DNA of 64,000 bases from contig OZ243938.1 in the NCBI GenBank assembly GCA_965214095.1, positions 3,200,001 through 3,264,000 on the forward strand. Direction: 5' to 3'. The position numbers and the translations under genes were made by a program. Below the pieces are notes generated by a model, which saw only the letters and a program-made list of their open reading frames with translations, was not told where the DNA came from and did no database searches. Below, one piece after another: positions 29,046-38,981 of the stretch. Positions within the stretch are counted from its first letter, which is position 1. Each line of letters starts with the position of its first letter. The stretch comes from Candidatus Poribacteria bacterium (GTDB taxonomy: Bacteria; Poribacteria; WGA-4E; WGA-3G).

Positions 29046-32000
29046 ATGAAAAACGAAGATGCAGAACTGATTCAACGCACGGTTGCTGGTGATGATACTG
29101 CCTTCTCAGAATTGGTGAAGAAATATCAGAGACAAGTTCATGCACTTGCATGGCGGAAAACAGGGGATTTTCACACAGCTGAAGATATTACACAAGACAC
29201 ATTCCTCAAGGCATATCAGAGACTCCACACACTCAAGCAACCCCACAGATTCGCAGGATGGCTTTATGTCATTGCAAATCGTCAATGTCTTGCATGGTTT
29301 CGGCAAAAACGTCTGAACAAGCAAACATTAGAGAACATAGACACACCCGATGCTAATAGTGATGCATACTCAAGACATATCGTAGAGGAACAAGCAAAAA
29401 CTGCTGAACAGGAACAGCAGGAAGTCGTCAAGAAGTTGCTTGAGACGTTGAAAGAGAGTGATCGTACCGTCATCACCTTACACTATTTTGCTGAAATGAC
29501 GTGTGAACAGATGAGCGAGTTTTTGGGTGTATCCGCAAACACAATAAAGAGCAGACTACGCCGCGCACGGAATAGATTAAAACAGGAGGAACCGATGATC
29601 CGAGAAGCAATTACAAACTTCAAAATATCTCCAACACTTACTGAAAATATAATGCAAGATGTTTCACGGATCAGTCCTACTACCCCATCAGCAAGCAAAC
29701 CTTTGATCCCGTGGATGATAGGTGCTACGGGTGCAGTATTGATTGTGCTGATGTTTGGGATTGGTGGTCAGTTCTTAGCACAATTCCAAAAACCGTATAG
29801 TTTAGATGCTCAAGCTGAAAGGACGGTTGAACTTATTGACGCGCCAATTGTTCAAAACCTTCAGATAGAATCAGATAACCGAAACCAAACAGGGAATAGA
29901 ATTGCTTTAGAAGGTAGTAATGATGGCAATGAAGAGAATGCAAATCAGACTATAGGTGATGGTGACTACACTAAATTGAATCTACCAGAAGGAGCAAAAC
30001 GAAGGTTAGGCAAGGGAGTGCTGTCCGATATGAAGATCTCCCCTAATGGCACACACATTGCAATTGCAAGTTCCTCTGGTATTTGGCTATACAATGTCAA
30101 TGCAAAACAGGAAATGAAACAGTCAAAGATTGCGTTACTTACTGGACATGAAGGTGTCGTTAGGCAGTTGACTTTTTCACCTGATAGCAAAATGTTTGCC
30201 AGTATTGGTTTAGACAAGACACTCCGACTTTGGGAATCCACTACCGGAAAACTCCTATTCACGTTGACCACCCCTAAACCTACAGGTGAATTTCGTGCCG
30301 TGAAGTTCATAAGAGATGGTAAAATCCTCGCTGGACGTTGTTCGGATGACTATAAAGTCTATCTATGGGATGTTACAACAGGAAAATATTTGGAATCATT
30401 TCGTCCGAAACTTCCTATGATTAGATTAGGACAGAACAGAAATTGGCAGTTTGCTACAGACGCTTTTTTCGATCCTATCGGTAACATCATGTTTGCGGTT
30501 GGAAATAAAGACGGTACGATTAGTATTCAAGAGGGGCGTACCGGTCTTGAGAAAAATAGACTTGTTGGGTATACAGATGAATCTCAATTTTTCAAGGTGG
30601 ATAATGAACATGATCGTCTTAACCCAAGAAAACCTACAGTGAGAAGATCTTTAGTCCATCCGGGTGATAAACTCTCTGTTCCAAAACAACTAAAAGCTGA
30701 CGGAACTCCTTTTCCTATCCAATACCTGTTGTCTGATCAAAATCATTCCAGTCATAATTATGAAAAAATACCTACAAAATGGATAAATACCTTAGATTTT
30801 TCACCCGATGGTAATACTCTTGTCAGTAGAAGTAAATACATGGTCGGACAAGAATCAGGTGCTTTATTTGGCGGAGGTCCAACTGAAATCTGGGATGTTG
30901 AAACAGGTGAACAACTTTCGTCGCTCACTTTGTGTGTTACGGATGTAGAAATTTCAGGTGATGGAAAAACACTTGCTATCACCGGTGATGGTGGTGTTTC
31001 TGTATGGGATATTCCTACACGGCAGGAGATTGCGGTGTTTAACGATGCAGTAAAGGTTTTATTTTCTGGTAATGGAAAAACACTCATCATTATAGAACAT
31101 GAACGTTATATATTATGGGACATCACTACCAGACGCGATATTAGTTCTGTCAATCTTGTCGGCGAGTCGTTTACTCCTTTTTTAGATCATTTTGGTATAT
31201 CACATGATGACACGATGTTTGCTACCACAGATACAACTGGCAAAGTAAATGTGTGGGAAACAAGAACTAGCACGCAACTTCGAACGTTCACAACAGGTTA
31301 TACAGATTCTATCACGGGTTTAATGTTTACAGATGATGGAAAAACTCTCATTAGTGGGACTTCTGCTGGAAATATCGAATTCTGGGATACAAACACCGCC
31401 AATATAAGGTCAAGGATTAAAACAGATAAAAGAAGTATAGATGGGTTGATGCTTTCCACAGAGGATAACACTACATTAACTGTGATGAGTAATAGTGATC
31501 TAATGCGATGGGATGTATCCACAGGCCAATTGATTGATGCCTACACCATATTGAATGCAGGCAACTGGTTCGGCAGTGAATTGTTGGAGGATGGAACACA
31601 AATACGTATGAAAGCATTCAGTTTCACGCCAAACGGTGAAAGATTGACTACACCAAATTCTAAAACCAAAATGATTGATGTTTGGGATATTACTGAAGGT
31701 AAGAATCCGCGCCTTCTCACAACAATTGAGTATGAAAGGGGTCCCATATTGCTTTCTCCTGATGGAGCGATACTCGCGAGCACGAGTAAATCAAACAACG
31801 CTGCTGATTTATGGATTACTTACACTAGTGAAAAGTTTTCTAAAATCAGTTTTCCTGAAAATATGCTTGATAGACACAACCACATTTATTCCTTGGCATT
31901 TTCTCACGATGGAAAAACATTTGTTGGTGGCACGAAGAAAAGAGAAATACATTTGTGGAATTTTGCCAGGTCCGAACACATTGGAATACTCAAGGCACAT

Positions 32001-32252
32001 AAGCACGTAGTATGTGCATTAAAGTTTTCACCTGACAATACCATCCTTGCAAGCGGAGATACAGGTGGCGGAATTTGCTTGTGGAAAATCCCCGATAGAA
32101 CTCTTCTCTCTCAATATAAATCGTCTGGTGGATATGTAAGTGAGTTAGCATTCTCGCCTGATGGAAAAACCCTCGCAAGCACAAATGGCGCAAGCACAAT
32201 AGCTAAAAACCCTGGTGGAACGATATACTTATGGGATGTGCCAACAAAATAA
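29046..32252 (+). CDS. Array gene 1: ECF sigma + TM + WD40 propeller (1068 aa)
   Basis: sigma2 'AEDITQDTFLKAY...FAGWLY', sigma4 'LGVSANTIKSRLRRAR', TM 'PWMIGATGAVLIVLMFGIGG', WD40 'FSPDG...LWD'; SD GGAGG. Confidence 0.9.
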   Translation: MKNEDAELIQRTVAGDDTAFSELVKKYQRQVHALAWRKTGDFHTAEDITQDTFLKAYQRLHTLKQPHRFAGWLYVIANRQCLAWFRQKRLNKQTLENIDTPDANSDAYSRHIVEEQAKTAEQEQQEVVKKLLETLKESDRTVITLHYFAEMTCEQMSEFLGVSANTIKSRLRRARNRLKQEEPMIREAITNFKISPTLTENIMQDVSRISPTTPSASKPLIPWMIGATGAVLIVLMFGIGGQFLAQFQKPYSLDAQAERTVELIDAPIVQNLQIESDNRNQTGNRIALEGSNDGNEENANQTIGDGDYTKLNLPEGAKRRLGKGVLSDMKISPNGTHIAIASSSGIWLYNVNAKQEMKQSKIALLTGHEGVVRQLTFSPDSKMFASIGLDKTLRLWESTTGKLLFTLTTPKPTGEFRAVKFIRDGKILAGRCSDDYKVYLWDVTTGKYLESFRPKLPMIRLGQNRNWQFATDAFFDPIGNIMFAVGNKDGTISIQEGRTGLEKNRLVGYTDESQFFKVDNEHDRLNPRKPTVRRSLVHPGDKLSVPKQLKADGTPFPIQYLLSDQNHSSHNYEKIPTKWINTLDFSPDGNTLVSRSKYMVGQESGALFGGGPTEIWDVETGEQLSSLTLCVTDVEISGDGKTLAITGDGGVSVWDIPTRQEIAVFNDAVKVLFSGNGKTLIIIEHERYILWDITTRRDISSVNLVGESFTPFLDHFGISHDDTMFATTDTTGKVNVWETRTSTQLRTFTTGYTDSITGLMFTDDGKTLISGTSAGNIEFWDTNTANIRSRIKTDKRSIDGLMLSTEDNTTLTVMSNSDLMRWDVSTGQLIDAYTILNAGNWFGSELLEDGTQIRMKAFSFTPNGERLTTPNSKTKMIDVWDITEGKNPRLLTTIEYERGPILLSPDGAILASTSKSNNAADLWITYTSEKFSKISFPENMLDRHNHIYSLAFSHDGKTFVGGTKKREIHLWNFARSEHIGILKAHKHVVCALKFSPDNTILASGDTGGGICLWKIPDRTLLSQYKSSGGYVSELAFSPDGKTLASTNGASTIAKNPGGTIYLWDVPTK

Positions 32253-32376
32253 CCAAAATAATCCTATAGTCATAGAATTGGCATAAGTTATTTGAGGGGT
32301 GTGCATAAATATATTATGTGCCAACATTGGTAGCGTCTCTCATCTTAAGGAGAATTACGCGTTATTCCGCGTGACG

Positions 32377-32591
32377 GTAGGTTCGGTTTCCTAACCGAAC
32401 CGGATCTTCCGCGAAAACCGTCTATCAAAGATTTTGGCGCAAACCCGGTTCGGTTAGGAAACCGAACCTACCGGTCCTGGCAGGACACTAAATTGACGGC
32501 CATGGTGCGGATCGGAAACCGTACCAACCGTCTTGGGGCATTTAGCATTTGTGAAAAAGACACAAGAAAAACCGAAAAATAAATAAACCTG
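32377..32591. repeat. REP cluster (3 family-1 units) with MITE ends
   Basis: GTAG REP at 32377, inverted copy ending 32471, degenerate third copy; ends CTAAATTGACGGCCATGG and AAATAAATAAACCTG. Confidence 0.75.
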
Positions 32592-32609
32592 GTAGGTAAT
32601 CCTAACATA

Positions 32610-32637
32610 TTGACAAACTGCTTCAATCTGCTAAAAT
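32610..32637 (+). promoter_or_regulatory. Sigma70-type promoter of the sigma-less array gene 2
   Basis: TTGACA-N16-TAAAAT with extended TG; similar to 35064-35091. Confidence 0.6.
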
Positions 32638-32686
32638 ATGTCCAGAGCATATCTCATCCGGCAACTTCCAATTTTCACCGAACCTT

Positions 32687-35017
32687 ATGGAGATTATTAT
32701 GCAAGAAGTATCACGACTCACACCTACTGTCCTTCCAGGAAGCAAACCTATAATCCCTTGGGTGATATGTGCTGCAAGTGCGTTGTTGATTACATTGATG
32801 TTTAGTATTAGCAGTAGCAGTTTTGGCAATGAAGAGAATGCCGATCAGGTATTAGGTGACCAAGGTGATTATACCCGATGGAATTTACCGATAGGAGCAA
32901 AACGAAGACTCGGTAAAGGAATGTTTACCGATATGCAGCTTACACAGGATGGAAACAGATTGGCAATTGCAAGTTCTGCAGGAATCTGGCTTTATGATGT
33001 GAACACGGGACAAGAAACCGCGCTGCTTACAGAAAATGCTGATTTAATTGGGTTAGTTGCATTTTCTCCCGATGGTAAAACCCTCGCAAGTACTGGCGGG
33101 AACAACACTTGTCGAATCTGGGACGTTGAAAAACAGGAACTTCTATTAACATTTAAACTGCCAAATTATTGGATGCGTTCCATAAGATTTTTGGATGATG
33201 GGAAAACGCTTGTTGGTGAAGGATTTATTGACGACAAGTCACACACACTAACTGGAAAAAAACTAAGATGGGACATTCCGAAAGTCTGGATGTGGGACAG
33301 TAGTTCTGGCAGATTGTTAAATACTTTCACGACTAAATTGCCGAAATTTGATTTGCTAACAGATGCAAGAAGCAGTGTACCATTTGAAGGATTTTCTAAC
33401 GGTTCCCGTTCCCTATTCGCTTATGATAATAATGAGTATGAGACTATCGTAAAGGATGGAATCACAGATCAAGAGATATTCACAATCCCCCGCACTGGAC
33501 AAGAGATAAGAGAATTTGTTTTCTCCCAAGATGGCAAACAACTTGCAATTGCTTATGACAGGAGTGTACATCTCTGGGATATTGGTTTTGATTCAGGTAA
33601 TCAGAAAGCGATATTTCCAATTCACATTGCTAATTTCTCTAGAGATGCCTCTATACTCTCTTTTTCAAGGGATGGAAAGATACTTGCTGCTGCTATCGGC
33701 AAAGGTATTACTGTATGGAATGTTGAAACAAGCTCACACATTACTACATTTATGAATGCTAAAGGTGGCTTATGGGAATTTGTGTTATCTGCTGATGGGT
33801 CAACTGTTGTTACAATGGATTATCAAGGGACAGTAGATTTTTGGTCGGTTACAAATGACAGACATGAACGCACCTTGACGACTGGTTATTCAGGTGGATT
33901 CACCAGTTTGACGTTTGCTCATGATGGAAAAACTGTTGCGACCACTGCTCTTGGAAAAATCCATTTATGGAATGCTGACACTGGCACTGAAAAGTTGCAT
34001 CTACAAATACCAATGTATAGGGAAATTAAGAACAAATATTCCGAATGGCATACCCGTGGTGCCGTTGTACCTGCAGATATTAGAGGAGATATTATCAGCC
34101 TTGCTTTCTCGAAAAATAACAGCACGGTTTACACTCTCAATATATCAGGGAAAATTGGGGTTTTGGATGTTAACACTGGTAACTATCGTATTTCTAACAT
34201 TCTTGCAGACGTTGCTACCGTCAAATTTCTACCATATCATTCAAGTCCATTAACCAAAGGAGGAGCCAGAGTCCCTACACCTAGGACACCAAATATATAC
34301 CACCTCGTTGCAACATCCTACGACAGTATTTCAGTGTTTATCCGCGCAGCCGCTTTCTCGTCTAATGGAGAGTTATTAGCAACCAAAAATCAAGAAGGGT
34401 CAGTTGAGGTTTGGGATCTTACTATCCCAAGACGTATATACACACTTGCAGCGCAAAATCCAAATGTGAAAGATAATCCTGCGATTATAACTGAATTTAC
34501 AGAAGATGGAAAATTGCTTGCGATCCGTGATGGCATGGATATTCACTTGTCAGATGTCCATTCTGGTGAAACCTTAGTAAAATATAAGATACCTGAAAAG
34601 AAACCAAATATTATAGACAAATTTATGTCAATATTTGGTCCAAAAGAAGTCATTCAGAAAATTGACGCAGTAGCTTTGGCACAGGGAGGAAAAAACATCT
34701 TAGCTGCAAACGACAATAAGACAATCTATCTGTGGGATATTGTAACACATGAACGTATCTTAACAATTAGGGATCATAAACACGCAGTATGCAAGTTAGC
34801 ATTTACAAACGATGCAACAATACTTGCGAGTGGAGATGTAAGTGGGGTAATCCATCTATGGGTTATTCCAACGGGAGAGAAACTTGCTACATATAAACCG
34901 TATGCAAGTCCAATTACCCAATTAGTTTTTTCACCTGATGGAAAGACCCTTGCAACTGAGAATTTGTATTCTCACCTTTCAGGAACTATACTGCTATGGG
35001 ATGTCCCCTCCAAATAG
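32687..35017 (+). CDS. Array gene 2: sigma-less paralogue (anti-sigma-like helix + TM + WD40)
   Basis: Starts within the 'NFQFSPNL-MEIIMQEVSR' motif; keeps TM 'PWVICAASALLITLMF'; sigma2/sigma4 and most of the linker absent; frame open for 776 aa. Confidence 0.7.
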   Translation: MEIIMQEVSRLTPTVLPGSKPIIPWVICAASALLITLMFSISSSSFGNEENADQVLGDQGDYTRWNLPIGAKRRLGKGMFTDMQLTQDGNRLAIASSAGIWLYDVNTGQETALLTENADLIGLVAFSPDGKTLASTGGNNTCRIWDVEKQELLLTFKLPNYWMRSIRFLDDGKTLVGEGFIDDKSHTLTGKKLRWDIPKVWMWDSSSGRLLNTFTTKLPKFDLLTDARSSVPFEGFSNGSRSLFAYDNNEYETIVKDGITDQEIFTIPRTGQEIREFVFSQDGKQLAIAYDRSVHLWDIGFDSGNQKAIFPIHIANFSRDASILSFSRDGKILAAAIGKGITVWNVETSSHITTFMNAKGGLWEFVLSADGSTVVTMDYQGTVDFWSVTNDRHERTLTTGYSGGFTSLTFAHDGKTVATTALGKIHLWNADTGTEKLHLQIPMYREIKNKYSEWHTRGAVVPADIRGDIISLAFSKNNSTVYTLNISGKIGVLDVNTGNYRISNILADVATVKFLPYHSSPLTKGGARVPTPRTPNIYHLVATSYDSISVFIRAAAFSSNGELLATKNQEGSVEVWDLTIPRRIYTLAAQNPNVKDNPAIITEFTEDGKLLAIRDGMDIHLSDVHSGETLVKYKIPEKKPNIIDKFMSIFGPKEVIQKIDAVALAQGGKNILAANDNKTIYLWDIVTHERILTIRDHKHAVCKLAFTNDATILASGDVSGVIHLWVIPTGEKLATYKPYASPITQLVFSPDGKTLATENLYSHLSGTILLWDVPSK

Positions 35018-35063
35018 GTATAGTTCTATTTCTTCTTGTAATTTCTCAAGTAATCCTTCCACA

Positions 35064-35091
35064 TTGACATTCCGTTCCAATCTGATAAAAT
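35064..35091 (+). promoter_or_regulatory. Sigma70-type promoter of gene 3
   Basis: TTGACA-N16-TAAAAT with extended TG. Confidence 0.6.
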
Positions 35092-35137
35092 AGTAACCCA
35101 TTCTATCGGATCATCCTGTTAGCTTTTTTCGGCAGTA

Positions 35138-35166
35138 TGCACCCGATTTGTACCTAACCCGCGTCA
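35138..35166 (+). promoter_or_regulatory. ECF-type promoter of gene 3 (TGCACCC-N17-CGTCA)
   Basis: Recurrent motif. Confidence 0.7.
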
Positions 35167-35226
35167 TTATAAGTACAGACATAAGATTTGGATACATACT
35201 TTTTCGCACACTTTGAAAGGTGACTT

Positions 35227-38200
35227 ATGAAAGACAATGACGTTGAATTAATCCACCGCATCCTTGAAGGTGATGATTCTGCTTTCTCCACCTTAGTTGA
35301 GAAATATCAGAAGCAGGTTCACGCACTTGCATGGCGTAAAATCGGTGATTTCCATATTGCCGAAGATATAACACAGGACACCTTCCTGAAAGCATATCAG
35401 AAACTCACGACACTTAAGAACCCGCAACGATTCGCAGGATGGCTCTATGTGATTGCAACACGTTGCTGCCAAGCATGGCTACGCAAAAAACAGATACAGA
35501 CCGAATCGTTAGAAGAAATTGATAGTGATGCGTTAGAACCTGAGGCATATTCACGATATGTTTCTGAGGAGGAGACGAAAGTAACCGTTGCAGCACAACG
35601 TCAAGTCGTCAAGAAACTCCTTGCAACATTGCCTGAGAGTGAACGCACGGTGATAACATTACACTACTTTGGTGAGATGACGTGTGAAAAGATGAGCGAG
35701 TTTTTAGGTGTATCCGCGAACACAATAAAGAGCAGATTACGCCGCGCACGGAACCGTTTGAAACAAGAGGAACCGATGATCCGAGAAGCAATTACGAACT
35801 TCAAAATATCTCCAACACTTACTGAAAATATAATGCAAGAAGTATCACAGATCAAACCTACTCCCCCTTCAGCAAGCAAACCTTTAATTCCGTGGATGAT
35901 GGGTGCCGCAGGGGCAGTATTGATTGCACTGATGTTTGGTATAGGTGGCCAGTTCTTAGCACGTTTCCAAAAACCGTATAGTTTAGATGCTCAATCTGAA
36001 AGGACGGTTGAACTTGTAGATGCACAGGTTGTTCAAAACCTTCAGATAGAATCTGACAACAGAAATCAAACAGGGATGCGATCCGATTTAGGTGGTAGAA
36101 GTAATGGCGATGGAGAGAATGCGGAACAGGCTTTAGGGGACCAAATCGATTACACACGATGGAATTTGCCGATGGGGGCAAAACGGAGATTCGGAAAAGG
36201 AATATTGAACGACATGGAGCTTTCACCTGATGGCAGAACAATTGCAAGCAAAGGGTATCGTAGAACAATTTGGCTATGGGATGCGGAAACGGGTGAACAC
36301 TTGCGTACAATCAAGGTGCCAAATGCTCCAGCCACAGGTTATCAATTTTTTAAAAATGGCACTATGGAAACAACAGTTATTCCTCTTAGTCAATACAATC
36401 CTGACGATGACAGAGCTTCAATTATAGGTTTTAGCGGTTTTAATAATAAAAAAACCAAAGCTGCATACATTGTTTCCTCCGGTCCACTCAGATCAATTGA
36501 ATTCTTAGCAGACAGTAAAACTCTTATGACTCAGAATTTGGATGGTACTGTCTGGTTATGGGATATCACTTCAGGAGAACAGAAAGCATTATTTCGTCCA
36601 GAACTACCTGGATTGAAACTTGATAGTTACATAAGTTGGGTTAATCTTTATCCTGATCAATGGCGGCTGGCGGCTGATGTCTATTTTGCTCCTTCAGGTG
36701 AAGTTATTTATGCTCTCGCTGCGGGAGATAGAATTGGTACAATTTACATACAAGATGGACACACTGGTAAACTATTACGCACACTGGAGGGACAAAGTAA
36801 AATTATAAGCAAAAAAAATACCATAGGTCGAATAGGTTATGGACAAAAAACACCTATTCAAAGTCGCTTGCAAATTCCGGGAATAAAAGATGTCTTTTCA
36901 GGTAAGGAACCTCGGCGAGGCGTGGAATGGATAACAGAATTATATTTTGCGCCAGATGGCAAAACACTTGTGAGTAAAAGCCGATTCAGAAACAGTAATA
37001 GGAGTAGTTATAGTGGTGCCGTTGAACTTTGGGATGTTAAAACAGGTGAACTGCTAACAAGACATGGATTGGGCACAGATTTAAAGTTCTCAGGAGATGG
37101 AAAAGCACTCGCATTTATGAATGGGGTGGGAAGAGGGTACAAGGGATGTGTGATATGGGATCTTGCAGATCGTCGTAAAATTGCTGAATTTGCGGGTAAG
37201 GTTGACCTAAAGTTTTCAAGAGATGGGAAAACATTCACTATTATACGGAATGACAGTTTAGAGATGTGGGATATCGCGACGCGTCGCAAAATCACATCAA
37301 TGAGTACACCTCCAGAACTGTTGACAGTTCTTCCAGACCGGCATGCATTTTCAGGAGATGGTACAATCTTTGCTGCTGTAAATAGATACGGCACAGTCAA
37401 TTTATGGGAAACACAAACTGACACACAACTACGCACCCTCACTACAAACTATTCAACACCAATTACTACGATGGCATTCACACACGATGGCAAATCGCTT
37501 GTAAGTGGGAACGCTTCCGGCAACATTCAACTCTGGAATTTAAACACTGGTAAAGTAAGCAGCACACTAACATCACCTGAAAACAAGTCTATTTATGGAT
37601 TAGTTTTTGCAGAGGACAATGCCACACTCGTCAGTGGAGGCATAAGAAACTTTGATAAATGGAATATTACCACTGGAAAAAGAGTTAACACTTACACTCT
37701 ACAATGGGCAGTGGCACAAGTTTTTAGCAGTACCTCTCATTATGGTATTGGGAGTTCAGGCGATACCGTCTTTACATGGCCCACTACGATTATAGCATTG
37801 ACCCCAAAAGGCGGAAAAATCGCCAAAACTATTTGGTCTTCACATGAAAGAAAAACTGAGGAAGATGGAAGTGAGATTAAGGTATGGGATATTCCGACTA
37901 GCGAACACCTATGTACCGTAACAAATGAATCTTTTGGTCAAACGTTAGCATTCACATCCGATGGAAATATGTTCGCTACTTTGGATGAGGATATATCATA
38001 CACTGTAGATGAACATACTGGTAAGAAAGTTGGAGATTTTAATAAATGTATAGTGTACTTATGGGACACATATACTGGCAAAAAATTAGCAGCATTTGAC
38101 GTGCCGAAGGATCCAGAAAATAACTTCAATCGACCTGATATTTATGCTGGAGTTTTTACACGCGACAGCAAAACGTTTGCTGCTGCTGGGAGTTTTGGAG

Positions 38201-38526
38201 ACAATTCAATCTTTTTATGGGATATTAAAACAAAGACGCATTTCGCAACGCTCAGAGGACATGGACACGTTGTTTGCAGATTGACAGTTTCACCGGATGA
38301 TACTATTCTTGCCAGTGGGGATTCAAATGGTGAAATTCGTTTGTGGAAAATACCTTCAGGTGAACATCTCGTTACATTCCAATCGCCTGGTGGACACATT
38401 AGCAATATTACATTTGCACCTGATAGTAAGAGTTTCGCAAGCACAAATGGTCGTTCAGATGGCGTATCTTCTAATTCCAGAGAAGGTGGAACCATATTCC
38501 TATGGGATGTGCCAAATGTAAAGTAA
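35227..38526 (+). CDS. Array gene 3: ECF sigma + TM + WD40 propeller
   Basis: Same architecture as gene 1; sigma4 'LGVSANTIKSRLRRAR'. Confidence 0.9.
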   Translation: MKDNDVELIHRILEGDDSAFSTLVEKYQKQVHALAWRKIGDFHIAEDITQDTFLKAYQKLTTLKNPQRFAGWLYVIATRCCQAWLRKKQIQTESLEEIDSDALEPEAYSRYVSEEETKVTVAAQRQVVKKLLATLPESERTVITLHYFGEMTCEKMSEFLGVSANTIKSRLRRARNRLKQEEPMIREAITNFKISPTLTENIMQEVSQIKPTPPSASKPLIPWMMGAAGAVLIALMFGIGGQFLARFQKPYSLDAQSERTVELVDAQVVQNLQIESDNRNQTGMRSDLGGRSNGDGENAEQALGDQIDYTRWNLPMGAKRRFGKGILNDMELSPDGRTIASKGYRRTIWLWDAETGEHLRTIKVPNAPATGYQFFKNGTMETTVIPLSQYNPDDDRASIIGFSGFNNKKTKAAYIVSSGPLRSIEFLADSKTLMTQNLDGTVWLWDITSGEQKALFRPELPGLKLDSYISWVNLYPDQWRLAADVYFAPSGEVIYALAAGDRIGTIYIQDGHTGKLLRTLEGQSKIISKKNTIGRIGYGQKTPIQSRLQIPGIKDVFSGKEPRRGVEWITELYFAPDGKTLVSKSRFRNSNRSSYSGAVELWDVKTGELLTRHGLGTDLKFSGDGKALAFMNGVGRGYKGCVIWDLADRRKIAEFAGKVDLKFSRDGKTFTIIRNDSLEMWDIATRRKITSMSTPPELLTVLPDRHAFSGDGTIFAAVNRYGTVNLWETQTDTQLRTLTTNYSTPITTMAFTHDGKSLVSGNASGNIQLWNLNTGKVSSTLTSPENKSIYGLVFAEDNATLVSGGIRNFDKWNITTGKRVNTYTLQWAVAQVFSSTSHYGIGSSGDTVFTWPTTIIALTPKGGKIAKTIWSSHERKTEEDGSEIKVWDIPTSEHLCTVTNESFGQTLAFTSDGNMFATLDEDISYTVDEHTGKKVGDFNKCIVYLWDTYTGKKLAAFDVPKDPENNFNRPDIYAGVFTRDSKTFAAAGSFGDNSIFLWDIKTKTHFATLRGHGHVVCRLTVSPDDTILASGDSNGEIRLWKIPSGEHLVTFQSPGGHISNITFAPDSKSFASTNGRSDGVSSNSREGGTIFLWDVPNVK

Positions 38527-38789
38527 AACAATCCACAAATGATTTGCATCACAATTCTTTTCTTGATGCACACTTCCAACCAATATTTCATTGAACACAA
38601 TCGCAGGAAATCAGGGTTATTTAGGTTTAAGGTTTCGCAATTATTGAGGTTAACGGACTGTTAATTCCCTTCAACGGTCTTATCACTGAATTTATTGGAT
38701 ATATTGATTCTTATCTGAACCAGGATTTTCAGGATTAGTAGATTTTCAGGATTATGAGTGTGGCACTGTATAAAAAACTTGCAGAATTA

Positions 38790-38818
38790 TGCAACCGTTT
38801 TCCTCCTTAGTCGCGTCA
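38790..38818 (+). promoter_or_regulatory. ECF-type promoter of gene 4 (TGCAACC-N17-CGTCA)
   Basis: Recurrent motif. Confidence 0.7.
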
Positions 38819-38981
38819 CAAGGTTTCAAATAATACCATTTCTAAAAAAGAACATACCATTAAAGAGATAGATCGTTCGTAGTCGCGCAATTCATTGTGC
38901 CTCGGACATTCCAACTAAATGGGAATATCATTTATAGATTTGGTATAATAAAGTTGAACCTACACTTTCTGGAGGCACCCG

